In this document: positions 46,958-56,907 of the stretch, in pieces
Position numbering within the stretch: the first letter of the stretch is position 1
How the letters are laid out: each line of letters opens with the position of its first letter
NCBI GenBank assembly: GCA_050011835.1
Contig: JBEKII010000001.1
Location: 86,473 to 150,472, forward strand
Direction of reading: 5' to 3'
Source of the DNA: Minisyncoccia bacterium
GTDB taxonomy: Bacteria > Patescibacteriota > Minisyncoccia > Phycocordibacterales > Phycocordibacteraceae
DNA: 64,000 bases
Translations under genes and position numbers: made by a program
The notes under the pieces: model-generated
What the model was told of the DNA's origin: nothing
The model's input: only the letters and a program-made list of their open reading frames with translations
The model's database searches: none

Positions 46958-47401
46958 TCATTTTTGACCAATTACTTGAAGTTGGATTAAGGCCTTAAAA
47001 GCATGTTCTGTTGCTTCGATAAGCGGAAACTTGGAATAATCTGAAATTGATACCCATTTGTAATCGTCATGATCCGTGCCAAGCTTAACTTCTGAATTTA
47101 TTGGTTCACACACAAAAAACATGCCGATTATCTGAATCTGTTCGCCCCTTACAACAGGTCTCCATTCGTCAACAAAAAATGGCCCGCCAATTTTTACTTT
47201 CATTCCAACTTCTTCCTTAGTTTCCCTTTCAATTGCTTGAGTAATAGATTCTCCAATTTTCACCTTACCACCAGGAAAGTCATACTTACCGTGGTTTGTC
47301 CCTCCATCATACTTATCGGATTCCTTAATAATTAAAACTTTGCCGTCTTTGATAATGACGGCGCGAACGGCAATAAATTGTTTTTGAATTGTTGGTTCCA
47401 T
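46958..47401 (-). CDS. NUDIX hydrolase
   Basis: Nudix box PGGKVKIGESITQAIERETKEEVG; start at MEPTIQ. Confidence 0.9.
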   Translation of the reverse strand: MEPTIQKQFIAVRAVIIKDGKVLIIKESDKYDGGTNHGKYDFPGGKVKIGESITQAIERETKEEVGMKVKIGGPFFVDEWRPVVRGEQIQIIGMFFVCEPINSEVKLGTDHDDYKWVSISDYSKFPLIEATEHAFKALIQLQVIGQK

Positions 47402-47405
47402 ATGT

Positions 47406-48368
47406 TTACCTCTCAAAGGCGAGATTGACCAGATGCGAGAGGAAATCGGGAAATGAAACACCGACGGCGACGAGAGATTTAGGCAAGAGTGATTCGGTTG
47501 TGAGTCCCGGCAAGGTGTTGGTTTCCAGATAATACACACCCTTCGGCGCGACAATAAAATCGCTGCGCGAATAATGACGCAAACCGAGCGCACGATGCAT
47601 CGCCTTCGCCGCCAGCCGGAGCTCCTCGGTCGCAACACGGGAGAAATTTCCGGGGCAAATCTCGCGCGTTCCGCCAGAATATTTCGCATCGTACGAGAAG
47701 AAATCGTCTTCGGGAGGAATGATTTCAATAGCTGGAAGCGCGTACAACGCCTCGCCTCGCAATCTCTCAACGACGCCGGCCGTCGCCTCTTTCCCGCGAA
47801 TATATTCTTCAACGAGGACGCGTGGCGCGCCGTCTGTAAAAAGTTGTTCAATAGCGGCGAGCACGGATGCATAGCCGCCCACGATTGAAACACCGACTGA
47901 AGAACCCCAGCCGATGGGCTTCACGACAACTGGCTGATGGAAATTGCGAATAATCTCGCGCGCGATGTCCTCGCTATTCGCAACATTTTCCACATAATAA
48001 AATTCCGGTGTGAGCAATCCCACTTCTTTTGCACGCATTTTCGCCATAAGTTTATGCATCGCGAGATACGAACCGAAAGAATCTGCGCCCGCATACGGAA
48101 CGCCGAATCGCTCAAGAAGTTTCTGCACTTCCCCGTCCTCGCCATATTCGCCATGAAGCCCAATGAGAACGACGTCAACCTGACGCAGGACGCGTTCTGG
48201 TGATATTGGCTTACCGCGGTCGTGCCACGCACCATCTTTATTGATATAGATATCGCGCGCAACAAATCGTTCTTCGGGAAGATTCGCGAGAATCGCGGCG
48301 CCGGACTTCAGCGAGATCTCATGTTCTCGCGATGGCCCGCCTCGCAAAACTCCGACGATGGTTTGCAT
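47406..48368 (-). CDS. ddl: D-alanine--D-alanine ligase
   Basis: GGPSREHEISL, LHGEYGEDG, GSSVG, YDAKY and ETNTLPG motifs. Confidence 0.95.
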   Translation of the reverse strand: MQTIVGVLRGGPSREHEISLKSGAAILANLPEERFVARDIYINKDGAWHDRGKPISPERVLRQVDVVLIGLHGEYGEDGEVQKLLERFGVPYAGADSFGSYLAMHKLMAKMRAKEVGLLTPEFYYVENVANSEDIAREIIRNFHQPVVVKPIGWGSSVGVSIVGGYASVLAAIEQLFTDGAPRVLVEEYIRGKEATAGVVERLRGEALYALPAIEIIPPEDDFFSYDAKYSGGTREICPGNFSRVATEELRLAAKAMHRALGLRHYSRSDFIVAPKGVYYLETNTLPGLTTESLLPKSLVAVGVSFPDFLSHLVNLAFER

Positions 48369-48463
48369 GTCGATAAGTATAGCAAGGAAGAAGACCCTGG
48401 AGTAAGGGAAAAGTCACCCTTGCAGGTGACTTTTTATGAAATTCGTTAAGCTGATGATTGATG

Positions 48464-48883
48464 CTATTCTTCCCCGAATACGATTCTTCTTTCCCGAATC
48501 GCCGATTTGACACTGTCTGAGCCATGAACTGTGTTGAATGGCCCTCCAGCACTCTGGAAATCATGCCGAATCGTTCCGGGAGCAGCGGACCGCGGATCGG
48601 TTGCACCGTTTAACTTGCGAACAAGCGCAACGGCGGATTCACCCTGTAGGAGCAGAGCTAACGACGGTCCGCTCGTTATTGCTAGCACAAGTCCCGGAAA
48701 ATAAAATTTTCCCGCATGTTCCAGATAAAATTCTCTGGCGGCGCTCTTGGCGAATCGAAGAAACTTGCTTTTCACAATACTGAGGCCGGAAGATTCATAC
48801 TTCTTCTTTATCCCATCGATTACGTCCGCCCCCATTTCAATTGCATCTGGCTTGAGAAGAACTAAAGTTGTTTCAATCGACAT
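48464..48883 (-). CDS. ndk: Nucleoside diphosphate kinase
   Basis: LLKPDA, GATDP, PGTIR and NTVHGSDS motifs. Confidence 0.95.
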   Translation of the reverse strand: MSIETTLVLLKPDAIEMGADVIDGIKKKYESSGLSIVKSKFLRFAKSAAREFYLEHAGKFYFPGLVLAITSGPSLALLLQGESAVALVRKLNGATDPRSAAPGTIRHDFQSAGGPFNTVHGSDSVKSAIRERRIVFGEE

Positions 48884-48948
48884 TTCGCACCTCCATGCAT
48901 GATTTACTATTTTATCCAAATACTTTTTACAGGATTATTGTCATAAAG

Positions 48949-50190
48949 TCAACTTATATGCCGTTGGCGTGCCCGGCGATGCCGCGCGAGTGAGAAGCGA
49001 TGCGCTTCGCTATTGGCGAGCACGGCATCCGCTTCGGTAATGCCGGCGCGGAGCGCGCCAATGACTTCGCGCGGGCGATGTCGCTCATCTTTTACTACGG
49101 CAACAACGGGAATCTGCACCCCCCTTTCAGTGAGTATCGTTTCGGCGGCCCTTTTTTGCACTTTTCCGCCATCCACAACAATCGCTTCCGGGAAAGACCA
49201 TTCCGGATGCGTGAGCCGCCGCCAAAGAATCTCTTTAAGTGATGCGACGTCATCATTTTTCACAACGCCGCGAATGCGAAAAGTGCGATATGCCGATTTG
49301 ACTGGCGTACCGCCATCAATAACGGTCATAACGCCAATTGCGTCGGAGCCCAAGAGATGCGCCACGTCATACGCTTCAATGCGTTTACCGATAATTTCCC
49401 TCCGCGACTCCTCAAGATTTTCATCTTTAACGAGTGAAATATCTTGAATATGGTCCAGAGCGAAAAGCTGCCGACGAATGTCAACTGCATCTTCAAAACG
49501 TTCTTCTTTCGCCGCGCGTTCCATATCTTGAGCAAGCGCTTTCCGAAGTGCTTTAGCTCGACCGCTAAGAAAGAGCATCACGCGACGTATCGTGCGGTGG
49601 TATTCCGCCACATTGAATGCGCGCGGATACTGTTTGATTTGCGTATTAAATTCTATTCGGGCGAGATGGTGCGAATCGTATTCCCCTACGGGCTTTGGCG
49701 TGTCAAAAAAAGGAAAAATGCGCTGGATAAGCCGCAGTCCCTCCTTTAATTGCGCTCCTGACGGAAATGGTCCATAAAACGATTTCAATTTTTGTCCGTT
49801 ACTCATCTGTTTCGTTTTAAAATCAATGTCTTTCCCGCGCACCATAAGCACGCGCGGTATCGTCTCATCTGTAATAACCGCATAGAGAAATGTCCTGTCG
49901 TCCTTCCCTTCGCTGTTCGCTTTCGGCCGATATTTCTTAATGAGCACCGCTTCGCGTACTAATGCTTCAAGCACGGTCGGGGTTGTTTCAAAGGAGAGCC
50001 GATCCGCTTTCGTCACCATATCTACAATGCGTGGGCCACGCGTTGCGATAAGCTCGTCGTCAAAATAAGAACGCATGCGGTCGCGCAGAGAAGTCGCCTT
50101 GCCGACATACAGAACGGTGCGTCCTTGTTTGAAAAGGTACACGCCCGGTACGTCCGGCAAATTATATTTTTGCAGGTCGCTTTTTTGCAT
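48949..50190 (-). CDS. uvrC: UvrC excinuclease (short form without C-terminal HhH)
   Basis: GIY-YIG (PGVY...YVGKA), UVR domain (FEDA..IR), RIEAYD, VDGG and EAHRF. Confidence 0.88.
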   Translation of the reverse strand: MQKSDLQKYNLPDVPGVYLFKQGRTVLYVGKATSLRDRMRSYFDDELIATRGPRIVDMVTKADRLSFETTPTVLEALVREAVLIKKYRPKANSEGKDDRTFLYAVITDETIPRVLMVRGKDIDFKTKQMSNGQKLKSFYGPFPSGAQLKEGLRLIQRIFPFFDTPKPVGEYDSHHLARIEFNTQIKQYPRAFNVAEYHRTIRRVMLFLSGRAKALRKALAQDMERAAKEERFEDAVDIRRQLFALDHIQDISLVKDENLEESRREIIGKRIEAYDVAHLLGSDAIGVMTVIDGGTPVKSAYRTFRIRGVVKNDDVASLKEILWRRLTHPEWSFPEAIVVDGGKVQKRAAETILTERGVQIPVVAVVKDERHRPREVIGALRAGITEADAVLANSEAHRFSLARHRRARQRHIS

Positions 50191-52822
50191 GGCGTTGAAG
50201 GACTTTCTTTAAATATTCGCCCGTGTGGGAACCCTCGGTGTCAGCGATATCCTCGGGCGTGCCCTTCGCGACAATTTTACCCCCTGCGGCTCCGCCTTCG
50301 GGACCAAAGTCAATGACATAATCGGCGTTCTTGATGACATCAAGATTATGCTCAATGACGACGACTGTGTTGCCGCGCCGGACGAGTTCTTGCAAAATTT
50401 CAATAAGCTTGCGCACGTCCTCGTAGTGGAGACCGACTGTCGGTTCATCAAGCAAGAAAATGGTTTTCATCGGCATGGAGCGATAAAGTTCGCTCGCTAT
50501 CTTCACCCGCTGCGCTTCCCCGCCTGACAATGTCGTTGCGCTCTGCCCGAGCGTGAGATATTCAAGCCCCGTTGAATTCAAACTTGTTAAACGGTCGGAA
50601 ATCGCCGGAATATCGCCAAAAAATCTCTCTGCTTCTTCAATGGTCATCTGAAGCACTTCGTAAATATTTTTCCCGCGATACGTTACCTCCAGCGTTTCTT
50701 TCATAAAGCGCTTGCCTTCGCACACGTCGCACGTGACGTACACCGTCGGAAGAAAATGCATTTCCACCGCGAGGGAACCGTTGCCTTGACAGGCCTCGCA
50801 ACGGCCGCCGGGCACATTGAAAGAAAAACGGCCCGGCTTCCATCCGCGCGTGCGCGCCGCCGCAGTCGCGGCGAAAAGGTCGCGAATGTGGGTGAAAGCA
50901 CCCGTGTACGTCGCGGGATTGGAGCGCGGCGTACGGCCGATGGGCGATTGGTCAATAAGAACGGCGCGTCCGAGATACTCCGTCCCGGTAAGCGATGCGA
51001 CATGTTCAAGTTTCGCCTCTCGGCGAGCGAAGCGAGCCGAGATGTTGCGATGCAAGATGTCGTAAAGAAATGTTGACTTCCCGCTTCCTGAAACGCCCGT
51101 AACGCATATTAATTTCCCCAAAGGCACATCTATATTTTGATTCACCAGATTATGCAAAGTCGCGCCGCGCACTTTCAGCCAGCCCTTCTCGCTTGTGCGC
51201 CGCGCTTCAGGTATGGGAATTTCTTTTTCATGCCGCACATACGCAAGTGTGAGCGAATTATTTTGATTTTCTTTTGCCGTTAAAAGGTCATCAAGCCAGC
51301 CGGAGACGACGACTTCGCCGCCGTGAATGCCAGCGCCGGGACCGATATCCACGAGATAATCAGAAGAATAGATGGTGTCCTCATCGTGTTCAACGACAAT
51401 AATGGTGTTGCCGAGCTCTTTCAATGTCAGCAATGTTTTAATGAGACGGTCGTTGTCGCGTTGATGCAGGCCAATAGTCGGCTCATCAAGCACATATAAA
51501 GCGCCCGTGAGCCCGCTGCCCAGCTGCGAGGCGAGACGGATACGTTGGCTCTCTCCGCCGGAAAGTGTCGCGGCGGAACGGTTAAGGGTAAGATAATCAA
51601 GACCGACATTAAGCATAAACGTGAGGCGGCTCTCAATTTCTTTCAAAATGGGCGCCGCAATATCAAATTTCATTTCCGATAACTCAATAGAGTCAACAAA
51701 ATCTTTCGCCTCTCGTATAGACATGCTCGTAAAGTCAACAATGTTCACTCCGAGCCCTTTGGATTTCGTACCTTTCAAATACACACGCAGCGCTTCGGGG
51801 CGCAGACGCTTCCCTTCGCAGACGGGACACGGCTCGTCAGAAAAAAATGATTCCGTGCCGAGACCGTGGCATGCCGGGCACGCGCCGTAGGGTGAATTGA
51901 ACGAAAAGAGGCGCGGCTCAACTTCAGGGAAAGACGCGCCATCGTCCGGACAAATAAATTTTGAAGAGAGAGTTTCCAGCGTGCCGTCGGCATGCCGAAT
52001 TTTCACCAAGCCGTTTGTTTCTTTCAACGCGAGTTCAAGAGCGTCCGAGAGCCGCTCCCGTCCGCCTCTGGCGGACGCAAATTCAGAAACAGAAATGGTG
52101 TCAACGACAGCGTCAATGTCATGGCGCTTATTGCGGTCAAGCACGATTTTCTCGCGCAGTGATTGTAATTTTCCATCAATAACAACCTGCTCATATCCCT
52201 TGCCGAGAAGGTCGTAAAGCAGTTGGTAATATTCTCCCTTTCTCCCGACGACCACCGGCGCATAAACAGTAACCGCGCTTTTGTCCCTGGTGACAATGCG
52301 CGAGAATACCATCTTGATCATTTCTTCTTTTGACAGCCGCACGATGGGCACGTCGTGATGGATGCAATAGGGTTGGCCTGCACGCGCGTACAACACGCGC
52401 AGATAATCGTAAATCTCGGTAACGGTCGCCACCGTGGAACGCGGATTATTGGAACGGCCTTTTTGGTCTATGGAAATGGCGGGAGAGAGGCCAACGATCT
52501 CGTCCACATCTGGCTTCGCCATTTGGTTCAAAAATTGTCGGGCGTACGCCGAGAGCGACTCTACGTAGCGCCGTTGCCCTTCAGCAAAAATGGTGTCAAA
52601 CGCGAGCGAGGACTTCCCACTTCCCGAGATGCCAGTGATAACCGTCATCGCGCCGCGCGGCATCTTCACATCAATATTTTTCAAATTATGAGTGCGCGCG
52701 CCGCGCACGATGAGCCAACTTGCCCCGAGCGCTTGGCGCTTTTCGGGGTCGCTTCCGTGTTTAAAATTGTGTTCCCTGCCCCGAGCATCCCCGAGGGGTT
52801 CCTTTTTCGTTTGTTTTGGCAT
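50162..52822 (-). CDS. uvrA: Excinuclease ABC subunit A
   Basis: GARTHNLKN, two GxSGSGKS Walker A motifs, two LSGGE signatures. Confidence 0.97.
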   Translation of the reverse strand: MPKQTKKEPLGDARGREHNFKHGSDPEKRQALGASWLIVRGARTHNLKNIDVKMPRGAMTVITGISGSGKSSLAFDTIFAEGQRRYVESLSAYARQFLNQMAKPDVDEIVGLSPAISIDQKGRSNNPRSTVATVTEIYDYLRVLYARAGQPYCIHHDVPIVRLSKEEMIKMVFSRIVTRDKSAVTVYAPVVVGRKGEYYQLLYDLLGKGYEQVVIDGKLQSLREKIVLDRNKRHDIDAVVDTISVSEFASARGGRERLSDALELALKETNGLVKIRHADGTLETLSSKFICPDDGASFPEVEPRLFSFNSPYGACPACHGLGTESFFSDEPCPVCEGKRLRPEALRVYLKGTKSKGLGVNIVDFTSMSIREAKDFVDSIELSEMKFDIAAPILKEIESRLTFMLNVGLDYLTLNRSAATLSGGESQRIRLASQLGSGLTGALYVLDEPTIGLHQRDNDRLIKTLLTLKELGNTIIVVEHDEDTIYSSDYLVDIGPGAGIHGGEVVVSGWLDDLLTAKENQNNSLTLAYVRHEKEIPIPEARRTSEKGWLKVRGATLHNLVNQNIDVPLGKLICVTGVSGSGKSTFLYDILHRNISARFARREAKLEHVASLTGTEYLGRAVLIDQSPIGRTPRSNPATYTGAFTHIRDLFAATAAARTRGWKPGRFSFNVPGGRCEACQGNGSLAVEMHFLPTVYVTCDVCEGKRFMKETLEVTYRGKNIYEVLQMTIEEAERFFGDIPAISDRLTSLNSTGLEYLTLGQSATTLSGGEAQRVKIASELYRSMPMKTIFLLDEPTVGLHYEDVRKLIEILQELVRRGNTVVVIEHNLDVIKNADYVIDFGPEGGAAGGKIVAKGTPEDIADTEGSHTGEYLKKVLQRHAKKRPAKI
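52059..52077. repeat. Single palindromic unit in frame inside uvrA
   Basis: cg-tccgcc-tct-ggcgga-cg; same stem as the ychF element; encodes SARGG. Confidence 0.6.
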
Positions 52823-52974
52823 TTGTTTTTACATCAAAATTCCCGCCCATGACGGGGCAGGTACGATACGAGTATATCACATTACTCACAAAACAAAAAA
52901 GTTAAAGGGCATCGCCATTTCTGACGATACCCTGTTATTCTATTCCTTTCTTCAACTAGACACACCTGGAGGTG

Positions 52975-53574
52975 TTAACTCCACAACTTGCACTGCGCTC
53001 GGAAATGCTTAAAAAGATCGTCGTGTGATTTCCATCGCCCGTAGAACTCCATCTGCTCTTCCAATTTTGGCATACCACCAGCGAACGGAACAAAAAGACG
53101 CCCATCGGTGACTACCAAAAAGGACAGCACATCGTCCCAGCTCAGACCAACTTCTTCCATTTCTTCCTTGGTAATGTTCTGCATGCACAAGAGATCTCTA
53201 GCCAATGATTGAAAAAAATTTTCACCAACATCAATCGGGCCTGTGTGCATCAACGTCTGAGCGCCGTTTTTCCAAAACGTGAGTGTCGGATTGACCCACA
53301 GCACGACCCTATCGGTCATTTTCCGCTTTCCCTCCTCAACATCCTTACGGAACCTATTGTATGCAACAGAAAAATCACCTAACGTGCATACCGCTTCGAC
53401 ATCGGCAACCTCGTTGCGGCAGAACTGCGGGCCGATTGCTTTCACCCTTGCTAAGATTTGCAAACGCCTTCGGCGAGTGGAAGTCTCTATTAATTTCCGT
53501 GCAATATGCACGAGTGCTATAACAAGGAATGCAACACCGGCAATCGTTCCCCAGACGTACATTGTCGTTGACAT
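52975..53574 (-). CDS. Hypothetical membrane-anchored protein (orphan between uvrB and uvrA)
   Basis: GGAGG SD, N-terminal TM, own promoter. Confidence 0.65.
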   Translation of the reverse strand: MSTTMYVWGTIAGVAFLVIALVHIARKLIETSTRRRRLQILARVKAIGPQFCRNEVADVEAVCTLGDFSVAYNRFRKDVEEGKRKMTDRVVLWVNPTLTFWKNGAQTLMHTGPIDVGENFFQSLARDLLCMQNITKEEMEEVGLSWDDVLSFLVVTDGRLFVPFAGGMPKLEEQMEFYGRWKSHDDLFKHFRAQCKLWS

Positions 53575-53670
53575 TTTCAACCTCCAATTATCCTATGATC
53601 CACCATCTCCGGACATCTTAAAATGCCGTGAAGGGTCATGGACTCCGTGCTAAATATACACCTATCTATT

Positions 53671-55698
53671 TTATCTTGTCAAGGGCTTCTTACGCGAACT
53701 TTTCTTCAGTTCGTTCGCTTCCAATTTATAAATTTCATCGCGGATGAGGGCGGCGGTTTCGAAGTCAAGCTGCGACACGGCTTCTGACATTTCTTCCCTT
53801 TTACGTTTGATAAACGCGGCAGGGTTGTCTTTGTACGCAAGCGTGTCCAGCGCTAAAAGTTCATCAATCGTTTTTTGGTGTTCGGTGCGCATGGATGCCG
53901 CGATGTCATGAATCTCTTTGTGGATAGTTTTCGGCGTGATGTGATGCTTTTTATTATAAGCAAGCTGAAGTTCGCGGCGACGATTCGTTTCAAAAATCGC
54001 TTTTTCAAGCGAACCAGTCATCACATCAGCGTAGAGAATCACGCGGCCCAAGACATTTCGCGCCGCTCTACCGATAGTTTGAATAAGCGAAACTTCACTG
54101 CGCAGAAATCCTTCTTTATCGGCGTCTAAAATGCCGATGAGCTCTACTTCGGGTAAATCAAGCCCTTCGCGTAAAAGATTGACGCCCACCAAAATGTCAA
54201 AAACGCCTTTGCGGAAATTGGAAAGAATATCAATGCGCTCAATCGTCTTCACATCCGAGTGGAGATATTCCGCTTTTATACTGCGCTTACGCAAGAATGC
54301 GGCGAGATCTTCCGCCATTTTCTTGGTCAAAGTCGTTGCAAGCACGCGCCCGCCGTTTTTGATAACTTTTTCGGCCTCATTAATGAAATCGGAAATCTGA
54401 CCTTGATACTGTTCCGTTTCGCTCACTCCGCGCACAACAAGTTCCGGATCAACAAGGCCAGTCGGACGAATGACCTGTTCTACAATCTGCTCAGAATGCG
54501 CGCGCTCGTACGGGCCCGGCGTCGCGCTTGTATAAATAACCTGTCCAATGCGCTCCTCAAATTCTTCAAAGGTAAGCGGACGATTGTCGCGCGCCGAGGG
54601 AAGGCGGAAGCCATATTCAATAAGCACGTCCTTGCGCGATTTGTCGCCCGCGTACATACCGCCGATTTGCGGGATCGTGACATGCGACTCATCGATTATC
54701 GTGAGAAAATCTTTCGGAAAATAAGAAAGGAGTGTATCCGGCGGCTCGCCCGCCTTCCTCCCGTCAAAGTGGCGAGAATAATTTTCAATGCCGCTCGTAT
54801 AGCCAAGCTCGCGAATAAGCGCGAGGTCGTGGAGTGTGCGGCGTTTCAACCGCTCCGCTTCAAGGGGCTTTTCTTCGCGTTTAAACTTCGCGAGCTGTTC
54901 TTCTAATTCCACCTTGATGTCCTCTATCGCGCGATTGCGCTCATCCTCGCTCGTAATAAAATGTTTGGCTGGAAAAACAAAAATTGATTTCGGCTCCGCC
55001 ATTTTTGTGCGCGAGATCGGATCAAGTTGGTCAATGCGTGCGATAGTGTCATTTTCAAATGTTATGCGATACAAAACGCGTTCATTGACCGGCATAAACT
55101 CAAGCGAGTTGCCGATGGCGCGTAATTGTCCCGGTTCAAGGTCGGCATTCGTCCGTTCAAAATAAATGTTAATAAGTTTTCGTATCAATGCCGCGCGACT
55201 TTCAATATTTCCCTTGGCAATTTTTACATGAACCTTCTCGTATTCCTCAGGCGAGCCGAGGCCGTAAATAGCCGAGACAGAGGCAACGATGATAACGTCC
55301 TTGCGCGTGAGAAGCGCCTGTGTTGCCGCGTGGCGCAAACGGTCAATCTCAGCATTTATCATCGCCTCTTTCTCAATATAGGTATCAGATTGCGCAATAT
55401 AGGCCTCCGGCTGATAGTAGTCGTAGTACGAAACGAAATAGTGTACCGCGTTCTCGGGGAAAAACTCCCGATATTCCTGCGCGAGCTGGGCTGCAAGCGT
55501 TTTGTTATGCGCGAGCACAAGCGTTGGCTTATCATACTTCGCAATAACATTGGCCATCGTAAATGTTTTCCCACTTCCGGTCACACCAAACAATGTCTGG
55601 TGTCGCGATCCGCGCGTGAGTCCTTCTTCAAGTTTAGAAATCGCCTGTGGCTGGTCCCCCGCTGGCGGGAAAGGAGTATGGAGTTTGAAATTAGCCAT
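53671..55698 (-). CDS. uvrB: Excinuclease ABC subunit B
   Basis: PAGDQP, GVTGSGKT, YYDYYQPEAY, DESH and QTIGRAARN motifs. Confidence 0.97.
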   Translation of the reverse strand: MANFKLHTPFPPAGDQPQAISKLEEGLTRGSRHQTLFGVTGSGKTFTMANVIAKYDKPTLVLAHNKTLAAQLAQEYREFFPENAVHYFVSYYDYYQPEAYIAQSDTYIEKEAMINAEIDRLRHAATQALLTRKDVIIVASVSAIYGLGSPEEYEKVHVKIAKGNIESRAALIRKLINIYFERTNADLEPGQLRAIGNSLEFMPVNERVLYRITFENDTIARIDQLDPISRTKMAEPKSIFVFPAKHFITSEDERNRAIEDIKVELEEQLAKFKREEKPLEAERLKRRTLHDLALIRELGYTSGIENYSRHFDGRKAGEPPDTLLSYFPKDFLTIIDESHVTIPQIGGMYAGDKSRKDVLIEYGFRLPSARDNRPLTFEEFEERIGQVIYTSATPGPYERAHSEQIVEQVIRPTGLVDPELVVRGVSETEQYQGQISDFINEAEKVIKNGGRVLATTLTKKMAEDLAAFLRKRSIKAEYLHSDVKTIERIDILSNFRKGVFDILVGVNLLREGLDLPEVELIGILDADKEGFLRSEVSLIQTIGRAARNVLGRVILYADVMTGSLEKAIFETNRRRELQLAYNKKHHITPKTIHKEIHDIAASMRTEHQKTIDELLALDTLAYKDNPAAFIKRKREEMSEAVSQLDFETAALIRDEIYKLEANELKKSSRKKPLTR

Positions 55699-56890
55699 AG
55701 GAGTAATCGCGAACGAAATTTTCGCGGAATTCGTCAAACCGCTCCTCAAGAATAGCTTGGCGCGCGCCGGCAACGAGATTCAAAATAAAACCGACATTGT
55801 GCATAGAAGCGATAATGGGACCAAGCATTTCACCGCTCCGTAGAAGATGCGCGACATAGGCACGAGTAAATTCTTCAACGCCAATAACGGACATTTCGGG
55901 ATCAAGAGGCGAAAAATCGCTGCGATATTTCTCGCCCTTGAGATGGATTAAACCGTACCTCGTGTAGATGGATCCGTGGCGGCCGAGTCGTGTCGGTGCA
56001 ACACAATCAAAAAGGTCCACGCCCGCTGCGATACTCGCGAGCATATCGCCTGGCTCGCCAATACCGAGACCATGTACCGGCATTTCTTCTGGCAATTCTT
56101 TCAACATAGCAAGTGCCGAATCTAATGAGTCGTCGCCATATTTCTTGCTGAACGAACCGCCAAGGCCGAAACCATCAAATCCCATGTCTGTTATCGTCTT
56201 CGCACTCAATCTACGCAAATCGTCAAACTGTCCTCCTTGCGCGATGCCGAAAATCGCCTGCTTCTTGTTCGCATTGATATTCTGCCGATGCACCTTCAGA
56301 GAACGCTGCGCCCAGCGATGAGTGCGTTCCATCGCCTCTTTCTGATACTCATACGATTCCGTCGGCGCGGTGCACTCATCAAAAGCAAAAAATATATCGG
56401 CACCGAGTGCGTGCTGAATCTCAACCGAGCGTTCAGGCGTGAAGCGATGCGGTGAACCGTCAAGATGCGAGGTGAATGAAACGCCTTCATCGTCAACGAC
56501 AGCGAGACGGCTGTGAGGAGTAATTATTTCATCTTCGCCATCGGCAGAAAATTTTGAAATGCCTTTCCCAAACGCGGCCCCAAGTGAAAAAACTTGGAAA
56601 CCGCCAGAATCGGTTATCGTCGAACCGCGCCAATTCATAAATTTCCCGAGGCCGCCGGCGTCTCGCACGATTTTTTCGCCCGGCTGGAGATACAGGTGAT
56701 AGGTGTTCGCGAGTACGACTTCGGCGCCGAGCTTTTTCAGTTCATCGGGAAGAATGCCCTTCACGCCCGCTTTGGTGCCTACCGGCGCGAAAGCGGGCGT
56801 ATGAATAACGCCGTGAGGAGTTTTGATAGCGCCGGCACGCGCACCGCTCCGCGGCACGCGCTTTTCTATGGTGAATGACATTGCGCCCAT
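55691..56890 (-). CDS. tgt: tRNA-guanine transglycosylase
   Basis: TPAFAPVGT, LANTYHL, TDSGGFQVFSL, FDEC, QGG and DLFDCVAPTR motifs. Confidence 0.95.
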   Translation of the reverse strand: MGAMSFTIEKRVPRSGARAGAIKTPHGVIHTPAFAPVGTKAGVKGILPDELKKLGAEVVLANTYHLYLQPGEKIVRDAGGLGKFMNWRGSTITDSGGFQVFSLGAAFGKGISKFSADGEDEIITPHSRLAVVDDEGVSFTSHLDGSPHRFTPERSVEIQHALGADIFFAFDECTAPTESYEYQKEAMERTHRWAQRSLKVHRQNINANKKQAIFGIAQGGQFDDLRRLSAKTITDMGFDGFGLGGSFSKKYGDDSLDSALAMLKELPEEMPVHGLGIGEPGDMLASIAAGVDLFDCVAPTRLGRHGSIYTRYGLIHLKGEKYRSDFSPLDPEMSVIGVEEFTRAYVAHLLRSGEMLGPIIASMHNVGFILNLVAGARQAILEERFDEFRENFVRDYSYG

Positions 56891-56907
56891 CACTTCCTAC
56901 TATATCC

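Noticed and set aside
47402-47893. Long N-terminal extension of the Nudix ORF (46958..47893)
   Set aside because: It overlaps ddl in another frame; the real start is most likely at 47401.
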